A program made the translations under genes and the position numbers. The notes under the pieces are model-generated. The model ran no database searches. It was not told the DNA's origin and saw only the letters and a program-made list of their open reading frames with translations. From Nautiliaceae bacterium (GTDB lineage Bacteria; Campylobacterota; Campylobacteria; Campylobacterales; Nautiliaceae), in contig JBDONT010000041.1 of assembly GCA_039831155.1 (NCBI GenBank), positions 27,974 to 91,973 of the forward strand: a DNA stretch of 64,000 nucleotides, in the 5' to 3' direction. Shown one piece after another: positions 37,677 to 47,318 of the stretch (positions are counted from its first letter, which is position 1; every line of letters begins with the position of its first letter).

Positions 37677-38975
37677 CTACATCCATTCAAGCAGTTTTTC
37701 CACTTCTTTTACTTCATAGCATTTAATAGACTCTTCTAGCGGTTTGGAAGGTACTATTGCTCTTTTAAAACCTAAGTTTGCAGCTTCTTTTATTCTTATA
37801 TCAAGTCCCGGGACGTCTCTTATATCTCCTACTAAGCTGACTTCTCCTATAAAAATACTGTCTTTGCTTATTTTTCTGTCTCTAAAACTACTAACAATTG
37901 CCGCTATTATTGCCAAATCGGCTGCCGGTTCGGTTATTTTTATTCCACCGGTTACGTTTATAAATACGTCGTATTGGTTAAAAGGTAAATTTAATTTTTT
38001 TTCAAGCAAAGCCAAAATCATATTAAGTCTAGCTAAATCAAAACCTGTCGCACTTCTTTTAGGAATTGAATAACTCTCACTCACAAGTGCCTGGACTTCA
38101 AGGACAATAGGTCTTGTACCTTCTAAAATTACGGTAATTGCACTTCCGGGCAGTGCTTTTTTACTAAAGAAACTTTTATTTTTAGCACTTATCAAGCCCT
38201 CTTTTGTCATTTCAAAAATTCCAATTTCACTGGTTGAGCCGAATCTGTTTTTAAACGCCCTTAGGATTCTAAGCTCACGGCTTGCATCTCCTTCAAAGTA
38301 TAAAACGGTATCCACCATATGTTCAAGTACTCTAGGTCCGGCGATTGAGCCTTCTTTAGTAATATGACCTATGATAAAAATAGGGGTTTTGGTCTCTTTT
38401 GCAATTCTCATAAGCTCAAACGTCGCTTCTCTTACTTGAGATACGCTTCCGGGAGCTGATTGAAGATTTTCGGAGTAGATTGTTTGAATTGAATCTATAA
38501 TAACTAAATTATACCCTTTTTTTATTTCGTCGATAATATTTTCAACTACTATCTCCGGCATTAAAAATAGGTTTTTATTTTTAATACCGAGTCTTTCGGC
38601 TCTTATTTTTATCTGTCCCGGACTCTCTTCTCCGGCTACATATAGGACTTTTTTGTTTATGTTCCCGGCAAGTTTCATCATAAGAGTCGATTTACCGACT
38701 CCCGGACTTCCTCCGATTAATACCAAACTCCCGGGTACTATTCCTCCACCTAAGACCAAATCAAGTTCTTTATCTCCCGATGAAAATCTTGTAATTTCCT
38801 CTTTTTCTATCTCTTCGAATTTTAAGACGTTAGCTTTTTTTGCAGTTGTTTTTGTGGATTCTTCTTTTACTTCGACAAAACTCTCCCAGCTTCCACAGGC
38901 CGGGCATTTACCCATCCATTTAGCACTTTTGTATCCGCACTCTATACATTCAAATACAGTTTTCTTTTTAGCCAT
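37677..38975 (-). CDS. radA: DNA repair protein RadA/Sms
   Basis: C4 zinc finger, GSPGVGKST, KNRFG, Lon-like C-terminus. Confidence 0.97.
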   Translation of the reverse strand: MAKKKTVFECIECGYKSAKWMGKCPACGSWESFVEVKEESTKTTAKKANVLKFEEIEKEEITRFSSGDKELDLVLGGGIVPGSLVLIGGSPGVGKSTLMMKLAGNINKKVLYVAGEESPGQIKIRAERLGIKNKNLFLMPEIVVENIIDEIKKGYNLVIIDSIQTIYSENLQSAPGSVSQVREATFELMRIAKETKTPIFIIGHITKEGSIAGPRVLEHMVDTVLYFEGDASRELRILRAFKNRFGSTSEIGIFEMTKEGLISAKNKSFFSKKALPGSAITVILEGTRPIVLEVQALVSESYSIPKRSATGFDLARLNMILALLEKKLNLPFNQYDVFINVTGGIKITEPAADLAIIAAIVSSFRDRKISKDSIFIGEVSLVGDIRDVPGLDIRIKEAANLGFKRAIVPSKPLEESIKCYEVKEVEKLLEWM

Positions 38976-39216
38976 TGAATATACTTTGAATTATTTGGTC
39001 GTATGTTAAGTCGTTTGATATTGAAGTGATAATAAGTTCGTATATTATTTTCCAAGTAAATAAAGTGGATAACATAATTAAAATGTATAAAAAAATAATC
39101 CATTTATGCTCACTTAAATTTATACTGTCTTCGTCTTTAAATCTTTCTATTACAAGATAAACTATCCACGCTACGATAACTATATCTCCGAAATATAGGA
39201 TTATTTTACTCTCCAT
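38968..39216 (-). CDS. Small membrane protein (2 TM)
   Basis: Two hydrophobic segments; overlaps both ftsY and radA. Confidence 0.6.
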   Translation of the reverse strand: MESKIILYFGDIVIVAWIVYLVIERFKDEDSINLSEHKWIIFLYILIMLSTLFTWKIIYELIITSISNDLTYDQIIQSIFNG

Positions 39217-40078
39217 AAAGCCCGTCCAAAATTCCTTCTATAAACTCTTCTTTATTGAATTTTATTAAATTTTCCGGCTTTTCCCCAACTCCTATATATA
39301 AAATAGGAAGTCTTAATTCGTCGGCTATCGTAAATACGCTTCCGCCTTTTGCCGTACCGTCAAGTTTTGTAATAATAACTCCGTCAACTCCTATTATCTT
39401 TTTAAATACTTTTGCCTGGTTTATCGCACTGCTGCCTTGAGTTCCGTCTATTATTAAAATAATTTTATGAGGAGCGTTTGGGTAGGCTTTTTTTGCTACG
39501 TTTACTATTTTTTTAAGTTCGTTTTGTAAGTTTATTTTGTTATGTAATCTTCCGGCCGTATCTATTAACGCTACGTCAATTCCTTTGGCTTTTGCACTTG
39601 CTATTGTGTCGTATGTTACGGCTGCCGGGTCGTGACCTTGTTTTGTTTTTACTATAGGAATGTCTAAAATTTCCGCCCATTTTGTAAGCTGTTCTATAGC
39701 TGCCGCTCTGAATGTATCTGCTGCTCCTAGGATAACCGATTTTCCTTCGTTTTTAAATTTATAAGCTAGTTTTGCAATGGTTGTCGTTTTACCGGCTCCG
39801 TTTACTCCGATAATTAAAAATACATACGGTTTGTCGTCTATAACAATTTCATTATTGGGAGTATCGAATATCCAGGAGAGTTCTTTTTTGAGCTTTTCCT
39901 TGCTTACTTCTTCCGGTAGTTTTTCTATAACTTTTTCTACCAGTTCGTAGTCCATATCTGCTTCTAATAACGCCTCTTCTATTATTTCGCGAGGAATTTT
40001 TTCTTTTTTTTCCGTTCCTACTACGGTTTGTATCGCCTTTTTTGTTTTTTCAAGTGCTTTTTTAAAAAGTCCGAACAT
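39206..40078 (-). CDS. ftsY: SRP receptor FtsY
   Basis: GVNGAGKTTT, DTFRAAA, DTAGR, TKLDGTAKGG. Confidence 0.97.
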   Translation of the reverse strand: MFGLFKKALEKTKKAIQTVVGTEKKEKIPREIIEEALLEADMDYELVEKVIEKLPEEVSKEKLKKELSWIFDTPNNEIVIDDKPYVFLIIGVNGAGKTTTIAKLAYKFKNEGKSVILGAADTFRAAAIEQLTKWAEILDIPIVKTKQGHDPAAVTYDTIASAKAKGIDVALIDTAGRLHNKINLQNELKKIVNVAKKAYPNAPHKIILIIDGTQGSSAINQAKVFKKIIGVDGVIITKLDGTAKGGSVFTIADELRLPILYIGVGEKPENLIKFNKEEFIEGILDGLYGE

Positions 40079-40483
40079 TTACAATCCTTCCGTTTTTAAT
40101 ATTTCATACGGTGTGAAATTTTCATATTTTATAGTTCTATTTTTATCTAAAATAATAATTGTGGGATGATATTCAATTTTAAAGTAATTTTCAAGAAATT
40201 TCGCGTTTGTTTTGTAGTATTTTACATTTAATTTGTTTAATACCAGCTCTTGAGCTTTTGATAAAGTATTGTTGTTCTCAAATAATAAAATAATTCTTTT
40301 CGGAGGATATATTAGTTTGTTATTTTTAAAAGAGAGTTCCAAATCGTCTATTTTTATATTTTTAATATTTACTTTAGGTAAAGATTCTTGTATTATTTGT
40401 GTTTTGTTTTCGTTAGAAAATTTTTCTTTTTTGGAACAAGCATTAAAAAAAACAGCTAAAAATAATGTTAAAATAAGTCTCAA
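40079..40483 (-). CDS. Lipoprotein with a degenerate thioredoxin (TlpA-like) fold lacking CxxC
   Basis: Lipobox FNAC; FKIEYHPTIIILDK cis-Pro loop; position upstream of ftsY. Confidence 0.65.
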   Translation of the reverse strand: MRLILTLFLAVFFNACSKKEKFSNENKTQIIQESLPKVNIKNIKIDDLELSFKNNKLIYPPKRIILLFENNNTLSKAQELVLNKLNVKYYKTNAKFLENYFKIEYHPTIIILDKNRTIKYENFTPYEILKTEGL

Positions 40484-40524
40484 TTTTTATTCCTTTTTCG
40501 TAATTTTAACATAAGGCGTAAAAA

Positions 40525-41148
40525 ATGAAAAATAATTGTAAAGAAAAGTTTAGAAAAGAGTGTCTGAAGTTAAAAAAATTCAACAGATATTACTACTCAA
40601 AAAAGATAGGAAAAGAGCTTTTAAAGTACGTTAAAGGATATAAGAATATCTTATTTTTTATACCTATGAAAAACGAAGTTGACATTCATTGGGTTTTAAA
40701 GGTTTTAAGAAGAGAAAAAAAGCGGATTTTAGTCCCGTTTATGGAGGATTTAAGCTTTAAAATGGTAAAATATCATTTACCTCTTAAGAAAAAGAGGTTT
40801 TCTATTTTAGAACCGGTCAATAAACAAAAATCTCTTATTAAAATTGACTTAGCAGTAGTTCCTATTGTCGGAATGGATATCTCATTTAAAAGAATCGGTT
40901 TTGGAAAAGGAATGTATGACCGTTTCTTTGACACTCTGGGTTATAAGCCTGAAATTTTATTTATTCAATTAAAACCTTGTATTTCAAAAAGCATCGTAGG
41001 GGATAAATATGATGTAAGGGGGGATTTGTATATAAGTTTTAATATCGTAAAAAAAAGGAGAAGAAATGTCGTTTTTAATAATTTTAGTCGTTATGATTTT
41101 ATCCGCTCTCGCGGGATTTGCTATAGCAAAAAAAATGGATGCTGCTAA
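40525..41148 (+). CDS. 5-formyltetrahydrofolate cyclo-ligase
   Basis: NEVD, EP, VVP..G, RIGFGKGMYDR. Confidence 0.92.
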   Translation: MKNNCKEKFRKECLKLKKFNRYYYSKKIGKELLKYVKGYKNILFFIPMKNEVDIHWVLKVLRREKKRILVPFMEDLSFKMVKYHLPLKKKRFSILEPVNKQKSLIKIDLAVVPIVGMDISFKRIGFGKGMYDRFFDTLGYKPEILFIQLKPCISKSIVGDKYDVRGDLYISFNIVKKRRRNVVFNNFSRYDFIRSRGICYSKKNGCC

Positions 41149-42625
41149 ATATGACATCTATATAGAACAAGCGAAAGCGAAAGCGAAAGCTATAGAACAC
41201 GAAGCGGAGATTTTGCTTGAGAATACGAAAACAAAAGCAAAAGAGCTTGAACTTGAAGCTAAAAACGCTTATGAATTGCAAGAGATGAAGTTAAAACAGG
41301 AGTATGAGAGTAAATTAAATGAAATTTTGAATAAAGAAAAAGAGATTGAGGAGTTAATTCAGCAACATCTCAAAAAAGATGAGGAGCTTTCTTATAAACT
41401 TAAGCAACTCTCAAAAGAGAGAGAAGTTATAGAACAGTTAAAATCCCAATATAAGGAGAAATTAAAAGAAGTTCAAAAAATCTTAGAAAACGTTGCCGGA
41501 TTTACCACTCAAGAAGCGAAAGAACTTTTACTTAAAAAAACGGAAGAAGAATTAAGAGATGAAGTGGCACATTTAACTAGAAAAATTTTAAAAGAAGCAG
41601 AAGAGGACGCAAAGAAAAAGGCTGAATTTATAATAGCCCAGGCTACTACAAGATATGCCGGGGATTTTGCCGGAGAGAGACTTATAAATGTAGTGCCTAT
41701 AGGTGATGATGAAATGAAGGGAAGAATTATCGGAAAAGAGGGTAAAAATATTAAAACTTTAGAAATGGTAACCGGTTGTGATATTATTATAGATGATACT
41801 CCGGGAGCTGTTACTGTTAGCAGTTTTAATATCTACAGACGTCAAATAGCGGTGGAAACTATTAAAAGATTGGTAGAAGACGGAAGAATTCAACCGGCAA
41901 GAATTGAAGAGATTTATGAAAAAGTAACTCAAGAGTTTGAAGAAAAAGCTTCAAAAGAGGGAGAAGAGATTTTAGTCGATTTAGGGCTTGCCAGCAGTGG
42001 TATTCATCCGGAGCTTGTAAAATTAATAGGCAGACTTAAATATAGAGCAAGTTACGGTCAAAACGCCTTGGCTCACTCTTTGGAAGTGGCTCATTTAGCC
42101 GGAATTATGGCAGCTGAAATGGGAGGAGACGAAATTTTAGCGAAAAGAGCCGGACTTTTACACGATATCGGGAAAGCCTTAACACACGATTTTGGTGGAG
42201 ACCACGTTAATTTAGGATACGATATCTGTAAAAGATATAAAGAACCGGAAGTTGTTTTAAACGCTATAAAAGCTCATCACGGGCACGTAGAACCAAGTAG
42301 TATAGAATCTGCAGCAGTTTGTGCGGCTGATGCTTTATCTGCTGCAAGACCCGGGGCTAGAAGGGAAGTGCTTGAGGCTTTCTTAAAAAGGGTTGAGTCT
42401 TTGGAAAAAATTGCAAAAAGTTATGTAGGAGTTGTAAACGCTTACGCTTTAAATGCCGGAAGAGAAATCAGAGTAATTGTTGAAGCCGATTTAATTAACG
42501 ATGACGAAGCAGTTTTACTTGCCAGAGATATTGCAAAAAGAATAGAGAAAGAAGTAAACTTCCCTGGTAAAATAAAAGTTAACGTAATTAGAGAAAAAAG
42601 AGCTGTTACATATGCCGCAGCGTAA
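41066..42625 (+). CDS. rny: Ribonuclease Y
   Basis: N-terminal TM, coiled coil, KH (KGRIIGKEG), HD (LHDIGK), SAARPGAR. Confidence 0.97.
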   Translation: MSFLIILVVMILSALAGFAIAKKMDAAKYDIYIEQAKAKAKAIEHEAEILLENTKTKAKELELEAKNAYELQEMKLKQEYESKLNEILNKEKEIEELIQQHLKKDEELSYKLKQLSKEREVIEQLKSQYKEKLKEVQKILENVAGFTTQEAKELLLKKTEEELRDEVAHLTRKILKEAEEDAKKKAEFIIAQATTRYAGDFAGERLINVVPIGDDEMKGRIIGKEGKNIKTLEMVTGCDIIIDDTPGAVTVSSFNIYRRQIAVETIKRLVEDGRIQPARIEEIYEKVTQEFEEKASKEGEEILVDLGLASSGIHPELVKLIGRLKYRASYGQNALAHSLEVAHLAGIMAAEMGGDEILAKRAGLLHDIGKALTHDFGGDHVNLGYDICKRYKEPEVVLNAIKAHHGHVEPSSIESAAVCAADALSAARPGARREVLEAFLKRVESLEKIAKSYVGVVNAYALNAGREIRVIVEADLINDDEAVLLARDIAKRIEKEVNFPGKIKVNVIREKRAVTYAAA

Positions 42626-42634
42626 AGGATTTGA

Positions 42635-43216
42635 ATGGAAGTTTTAGTTAAACCGTGTGGAGAGTTTTATACCAATTGTTATATAGTTGATAGAAAAATT
42701 ATTATCGACCCGGGAGTCGGAGCTTTTGAATTTGTAAAAGAGTATTGTGACAAGCCTTTGGCTATTATCAATACTCACGGACATTTTGACCATATGTGGG
42801 ATGATAAAAAAGTAAAAGAGTACTTTGATATTCCCGTTTATATTCATGAAAACGACGCCTTTATGCTTGAAAACGACCCGTTTGGATACAATCCTCCGAA
42901 AGTAAAACCGGATGTTTTAGTAAAAGAAGGGGAATATAAAATAGGAAATTATAGTGTTTTAATAAGACATTTTCCGGGACATACTCCCGGAAGTATTACA
43001 ATCGAAGTTGGTGAAGAGATGTTTAGTGGGGATTTTATTTTTGACGGAAGTATAGGAAGAGTTGATTTTCCTTATTCTACTCCGGAGAAAATGAAAGAAT
43101 CCATAAAGAAATTTTTAACAATTCCTTATGATAAAAGAGTTTTACCGGGACACGGAGCGACTACCACAATAAAAAAGGCACAAAGGTTTTTACCTATGTG
43201 GCTTGAATATCTGTAA
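42635..43216 (+). CDS. MBL-fold metallo-hydrolase (glyoxalase II-like)
   Basis: THGHFDH, PGHTPG, SGD, PGHG. Confidence 0.93.
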   Translation: MEVLVKPCGEFYTNCYIVDRKIIIDPGVGAFEFVKEYCDKPLAIINTHGHFDHMWDDKKVKEYFDIPVYIHENDAFMLENDPFGYNPPKVKPDVLVKEGEYKIGNYSVLIRHFPGHTPGSITIEVGEEMFSGDFIFDGSIGRVDFPYSTPEKMKESIKKFLTIPYDKRVLPGHGATTTIKKAQRFLPMWLEYL

Positions 43217-43526
43217 GCTCTTTTGATGGGCATCCATATTCTAAATAGTCAAACTCAAACACTTCGTTAATTAACTTTAACAAATCTTCATTCTTAGAGG
43301 GAAATCCATCTCCCGGTTTTCCTGTTTTGGAACTTACTACAATTATGCTAAGTGGGGGGATATTGTGCTTTTGGCAATATTTTGCAATAACATCTAAAAA
43401 TTTTCCAAGTGCCACTCTTGGAATACCTGTGGCTTTTGATAATATTGTGTAGTTTAGGAGTTGTCTATTATAAGCTGCATATGCTAAAACTGACCAAATT
43501 TGTAAGGCTCTCTCATTTTTTTTCAT
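43194..43526 (-). CDS. Hypothetical protein with an MGMT/ATL-like helix-turn-helix pattern
   Basis: NY..LSKATGIP..ALG...IPPLSIIVV...G.PG.GF; overlaps the upstream MTase gene. Confidence 0.6.
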   Translation of the reverse strand: MKKNERALQIWSVLAYAAYNRQLLNYTILSKATGIPRVALGKFLDVIAKYCQKHNIPPLSIIVVSSKTGKPGDGFPSKNEDLLKLINEVFEFDYLEYGCPSKELTDIQAT

Positions 43527-44100
43527 TCTCTCTCCTTGAAAGTTTTATCAAAAATATCGGGAAGTCTTTATGTTTTTTTATGGTGTGGATTGTCTTATAT
43601 TCCATTTCCCAACCCTCAAAATACTCTTTTAACTCCTCTTTGCTAAATCCGAAATGGTAAACATAGTCATTTCCTCTTGTATGAAAGGTTCCGTCTTCTT
43701 TTACCAAATCTGCCAAGAAAGCTTTATTTGTAATTTCTTGTAGCTTTTTGTTTAAGGCTTTTATATCTTTTATGTGATGTAAAGTCATTGATGAAACTAC
43801 AACGTCAAATTTTGAATTTATTTCGAATATATCTTTTTGATAAGCCTTGGCGTTTAGATTTAGTTTTTTTGCTTTTTCGTTGAATTTTTCCACCATTTTT
43901 TTAGAAGTATCTATGCCTATTACCTCTTTTACATAAGGAGCTAAATTAATACCAACAAGCCCCGTCCCACATCCGAACTCTAAAACTCTGTCGGTTTTTT
44001 TAAGATGTGGTTTTATATTCTCAACTACTGCTTTTGCCAGATTTACTCTTCGTGGCAAATCATCCCACGTAATTGCGTCTTTATCAAATCTAGAGTTCAA
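43513..44100 (-). CDS. Class I SAM-dependent methyltransferase
   Basis: LEFGCGTG, IDTS..M, SSMTLHH. Confidence 0.92.
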   Translation of the reverse strand: MNSRFDKDAITWDDLPRRVNLAKAVVENIKPHLKKTDRVLEFGCGTGLVGINLAPYVKEVIGIDTSKKMVEKFNEKAKKLNLNAKAYQKDIFEINSKFDVVVSSMTLHHIKDIKALNKKLQEITNKAFLADLVKEDGTFHTRGNDYVYHFGFSKEELKEYFEGWEMEYKTIHTIKKHKDFPIFLIKLSRRENEKK

Positions 44101-45031
44101 TTCCGGCTTCCTTTAAGGCTTTGTGAATATGGCTCATTTGAGTGGCTTTATCTTTGCACCAGTTAGGGGCTAATAGGTTTTGGGTACCTGCCGTCATTCT
44201 TTGAATAGAGATATTTTGAGGAAGCATTTTTATAGCTTTTACCAGTGTATTTATATATGTTTTTTCATCAATAGGAGTAAAGTTTCCTTTTTTGTATTCA
44301 AGTGCTAATAGAGTGTTTTCGGTAACGTATAAAGGATGAAATTTTATTGAATCTATATTTAAAGCTATCGAATCGGCTACGCTTTTTAGCATATCGTATT
44401 GAGTTTCATCCGGTAAACCGAATATCAAATGTCCACATACGTTAAGACCTAAATCTTTCGTTTTTTTGATTGTCTCTTGAACGTTTTTAAAGTCGTGACC
44501 TCTATTGATTTTTTTTAAAGTTTTGTCGTTTGAAGACTGAATTCCGTATTCAACCCATATTTCATAATTTTTGTTTAGTTCTTTTAAGTAGTGTAAAGTT
44601 TCATCGGTAATGCTATCGGTTCTTGTACCTACACTTATTCCTATAACGTCCGGAAACGTTAAAGCTGTGTTGTATAGGGTTTTTAGTGTTTCAAAAGGTG
44701 CGTAGGTATTGGTAAAACTTTGGAAATAGACTATAAACTTTTCTGCTTTGTATTGTTTTTTTAAGAATTCTATAGTGGAAAAAAACTGTTCTTTTAAGAC
44801 TTTTAGCTGCTTTTGGAGTAAAGGGTTGTGGGTTGATTTTAAATTTAGTGTAAATCTCTCTTTTGTAAAGTTTGGAGAGAAACTTTCGTTTTCACAAAAT
44901 ACGCAACCTCCTCTTGAGACCGTCCCGTCGATATTTGGACACGTAAATCCCGGAATTGAAATCGGAACTTTTTTTACGTTTGTATTAAATTTGTTTCTTA
45001 AATATTTTCCAAATGTATAAAGTTTATCCAT
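44090..45031 (-). CDS. Radical SAM protein, YhcC/TIGR01212-like
   Basis: GFTCPNIDG....GGCVFC, YFQSFTNTY, EYGIQS, RGH. Confidence 0.92.
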   Translation of the reverse strand: MDKLYTFGKYLRNKFNTNVKKVPISIPGFTCPNIDGTVSRGGCVFCENESFSPNFTKERFTLNLKSTHNPLLQKQLKVLKEQFFSTIEFLKKQYKAEKFIVYFQSFTNTYAPFETLKTLYNTALTFPDVIGISVGTRTDSITDETLHYLKELNKNYEIWVEYGIQSSNDKTLKKINRGHDFKNVQETIKKTKDLGLNVCGHLIFGLPDETQYDMLKSVADSIALNIDSIKFHPLYVTENTLLALEYKKGNFTPIDEKTYINTLVKAIKMLPQNISIQRMTAGTQNLLAPNWCKDKATQMSHIHKALKEAGIEL

Positions 45032-45099
45032 TGCACCTCTTTTTATGGGAGTTTATATCAAAAAGATAGAATTTAATCAAGGAAAAAAAGAGAAAAAAA

Positions 45100-46437
45100 T
45101 TAAAGAATAGGGTAATTACCGTCAAAGCAGGCAAAACAGTAATTTTCTCTTTTGTCTTTAATAGCTTTTACGATTGATTCTATAGAAAGGTAAGCTAAAG
45201 AATCCGCTTCTATGAATTTGGCGATTTCTTCTGTTGATAGTCTTGAGGCTATCAGTTCATCTTTTGTAGGAGTGTCCACTCCGTAATAACAAGGTCCGGT
45301 TGTAGCCGGAGAAGCTATTCTCATATGAACTTCTTTTGCTCCGGCTTCTTTTAGCATTCTTACTATTCTTTTAGAAGTTGTTCCTCTTACTACGCTATCG
45401 TCTATTACTACGAGTTTTTTACCTTCTATTTTGTGTTTAATAGGGGAGAGTTTCATTTTGACTTTTAAATCTCTAATTTCTTGAGTAGGTTCTATAAACG
45501 TTCTACCTACGTAATGGTTTCTCATAATAGCCATTTCAAAAGGAATTCCACTCTCTTCCGCATACCCAAGAGCCGCTGCCACTCCACTATCCGGTACCGG
45601 TACTACCATATCGGCATCAACCGGAAGTTCGCGTGCCAGTTCTCTACCCATCTGTTTTCTTACACTGTATACGTTTTTTCCAAATACGTTGGAATCCGGT
45701 CTTGCAAAGTAGATATATTCAAAAATACATTGTTTTGGAGTAGGTTCGAAGATCATCTCACTTTTAATTTCATTATCTTCAAAAATAATCATCTCTCCCG
45801 GTTTTACGTCTCTTACGTACTCCGCTCCTACTAATTCAAAAGCACAAGTTTCGCTTGCTACTATATAACCACCACTTTTAAGTTTACCAAGAGATAAAGG
45901 TCTAAATCCAAAAGGGTCTCTTATTGCAAACATCTTTTTTCTGCTAAGGATAATTAAAGAAAAAGCACCTTTTATTTTTTTAACGGCATCGATAATTCTC
46001 TCTTTTAAGGTAACTTTTTCATAGTTTTTTGCGATTAAATGGATTAAATTTTCCGTATCCATATTGCTTTGGAAAATCGCTCCTATTTTTATCAGCTCGT
46101 CTCTAATTTCTTTAGCGTTTACCAAGTTTCCGTTATGGACTATGGAAATTTCTCCAAGTCCGTATCTTGCAAATACCGGTTGAGCGTCAAGAATAGAGTC
46201 GTCTCCGGCTGTTGAATACCTGGTATGACCTATTGCCATATTTCCTTTTAGGACTTTAAAATGTTCTTCTTTAAAAATTTGGGTTACAAGTCCTCTATCC
46301 TTTATCGTATGAATATGTACTCCGTTACTGCTGCTAATTCCGGCTGCTTCCTGACCACGATGCTGCATAGAAAAAAGAGCATAATATGCTAATTTACTTG
46401 CATTATCATTTCCATATATCCCAACTACTGAACACAT
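45100..46437 (-). CDS. purF: Amidophosphoribosyltransferase
   Basis: N-terminal Cys, QHRGQE, GHTRYST, PVPDSG, VIDDSVVRGTT. Confidence 0.98.
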   Translation of the reverse strand: MCSVVGIYGNDNASKLAYYALFSMQHRGQEAAGISSSNGVHIHTIKDRGLVTQIFKEEHFKVLKGNMAIGHTRYSTAGDDSILDAQPVFARYGLGEISIVHNGNLVNAKEIRDELIKIGAIFQSNMDTENLIHLIAKNYEKVTLKERIIDAVKKIKGAFSLIILSRKKMFAIRDPFGFRPLSLGKLKSGGYIVASETCAFELVGAEYVRDVKPGEMIIFEDNEIKSEMIFEPTPKQCIFEYIYFARPDSNVFGKNVYSVRKQMGRELARELPVDADMVVPVPDSGVAAALGYAEESGIPFEMAIMRNHYVGRTFIEPTQEIRDLKVKMKLSPIKHKIEGKKLVVIDDSVVRGTTSKRIVRMLKEAGAKEVHMRIASPATTGPCYYGVDTPTKDELIASRLSTEEIAKFIEADSLAYLSIESIVKAIKDKRENYCFACFDGNYPIL

Positions 46438-46516
46438 CTATTTTTCCTTTTTAATTTTTTAGGATAATTAATAAGCATTATATCGTATGATTGAGTGAAA
46501 TACAAAGAAGGTATCA

Positions 46517-47278
46517 TCAGATACCTAAAGCGTCGTGAATAGAGTATAAAGAAGGTTGTTGGTTTACCAGCCATTTTGAAACTTTTAAAGCTCCTCTTGC
46601 AAAAGTCTCACGGCTTGTGGCTGTGTGGTTTAGTTCTAAAAATTCACCTTCATTGTAAAATCCTACCGTGTGGCGTCCTACAACGTCTCCACCTCTTACG
46701 GCAAATACTCCGATTTCGTCTTTGGTTCTGGCTCCTACGTGTCCACTTCTTCCCGTTACTATTACATCTTTTAAGTTAAGACCTCTAGCACGTGCCGCGT
46801 GTTCCGCTAAAGTTAAAGCTGTTCCGCTAGGAGCGTCAACTTTGTATCTATGGTGTTGTTCTACTATTTCTATATCAAAATCTTTTAGTTTCGCACTTAC
46901 CATTTCTACAAGTTTATTAAGTATAGCTACGCCTAAACTCATATTAGTTGCGTATAAAACGGGAGTTTTTTTGCTTACTTCTATCATTAAATTTTGTTGA
47001 TGGTCGTTAAGTCCTGTTGTGGCTATTACCAGAGGTTTTGGAGTTTCAAGTGCTGCTTCTAGTAATTTTTGAGTGGCTATTGGTGCTGAAAAATCTATTA
47101 CGACTTCACAATTTTCAAGCAGTGTTTTAGCGTCGTTTGTGATTATTGTATCTTTATCAAATTCTATTGTCTGTTTGCCTTCGAACATAACTGCTCCAAG
47201 AGTATCGTCGCTGTTTTTAATAATATTTACAAGAAGTTGACCTACTCTTCCGGTTGCTCCGACAATTCCGTATCTCAT
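46517..47278 (-). CDS. dapB: 4-hydroxy-tetrahydrodipicolinate reductase
   Basis: GATGRVG, ATTG, EQHHRYKVDAPSGTA. Confidence 0.97.
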   Translation of the reverse strand: MRYGIVGATGRVGQLLVNIIKNSDDTLGAVMFEGKQTIEFDKDTIITNDAKTLLENCEVVIDFSAPIATQKLLEAALETPKPLVIATTGLNDHQQNLMIEVSKKTPVLYATNMSLGVAILNKLVEMVSAKLKDFDIEIVEQHHRYKVDAPSGTALTLAEHAARARGLNLKDVIVTGRSGHVGARTKDEIGVFAVRGGDVVGRHTVGFYNEGEFLELNHTATSRETFARGALKVSKWLVNQQPSLYSIHDALGI

Positions 47279-47318
47279 ATGATTCCTTTTTTTTGAAAAT
47301 TATAACAAATCTTATTTG

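Noticed and set aside
40484-40524. Possible 6S RNA upstream of the formyl-THF cyclo-ligase gene
   Set aside because: Only about 40 bp of divergent intergenic space
41066-41148. 83-nt overlap of the cyclo-ligase and rny genes
   Set aside because: Both frames are intact and rny has a good SD; looks like a simple stop-codon extension
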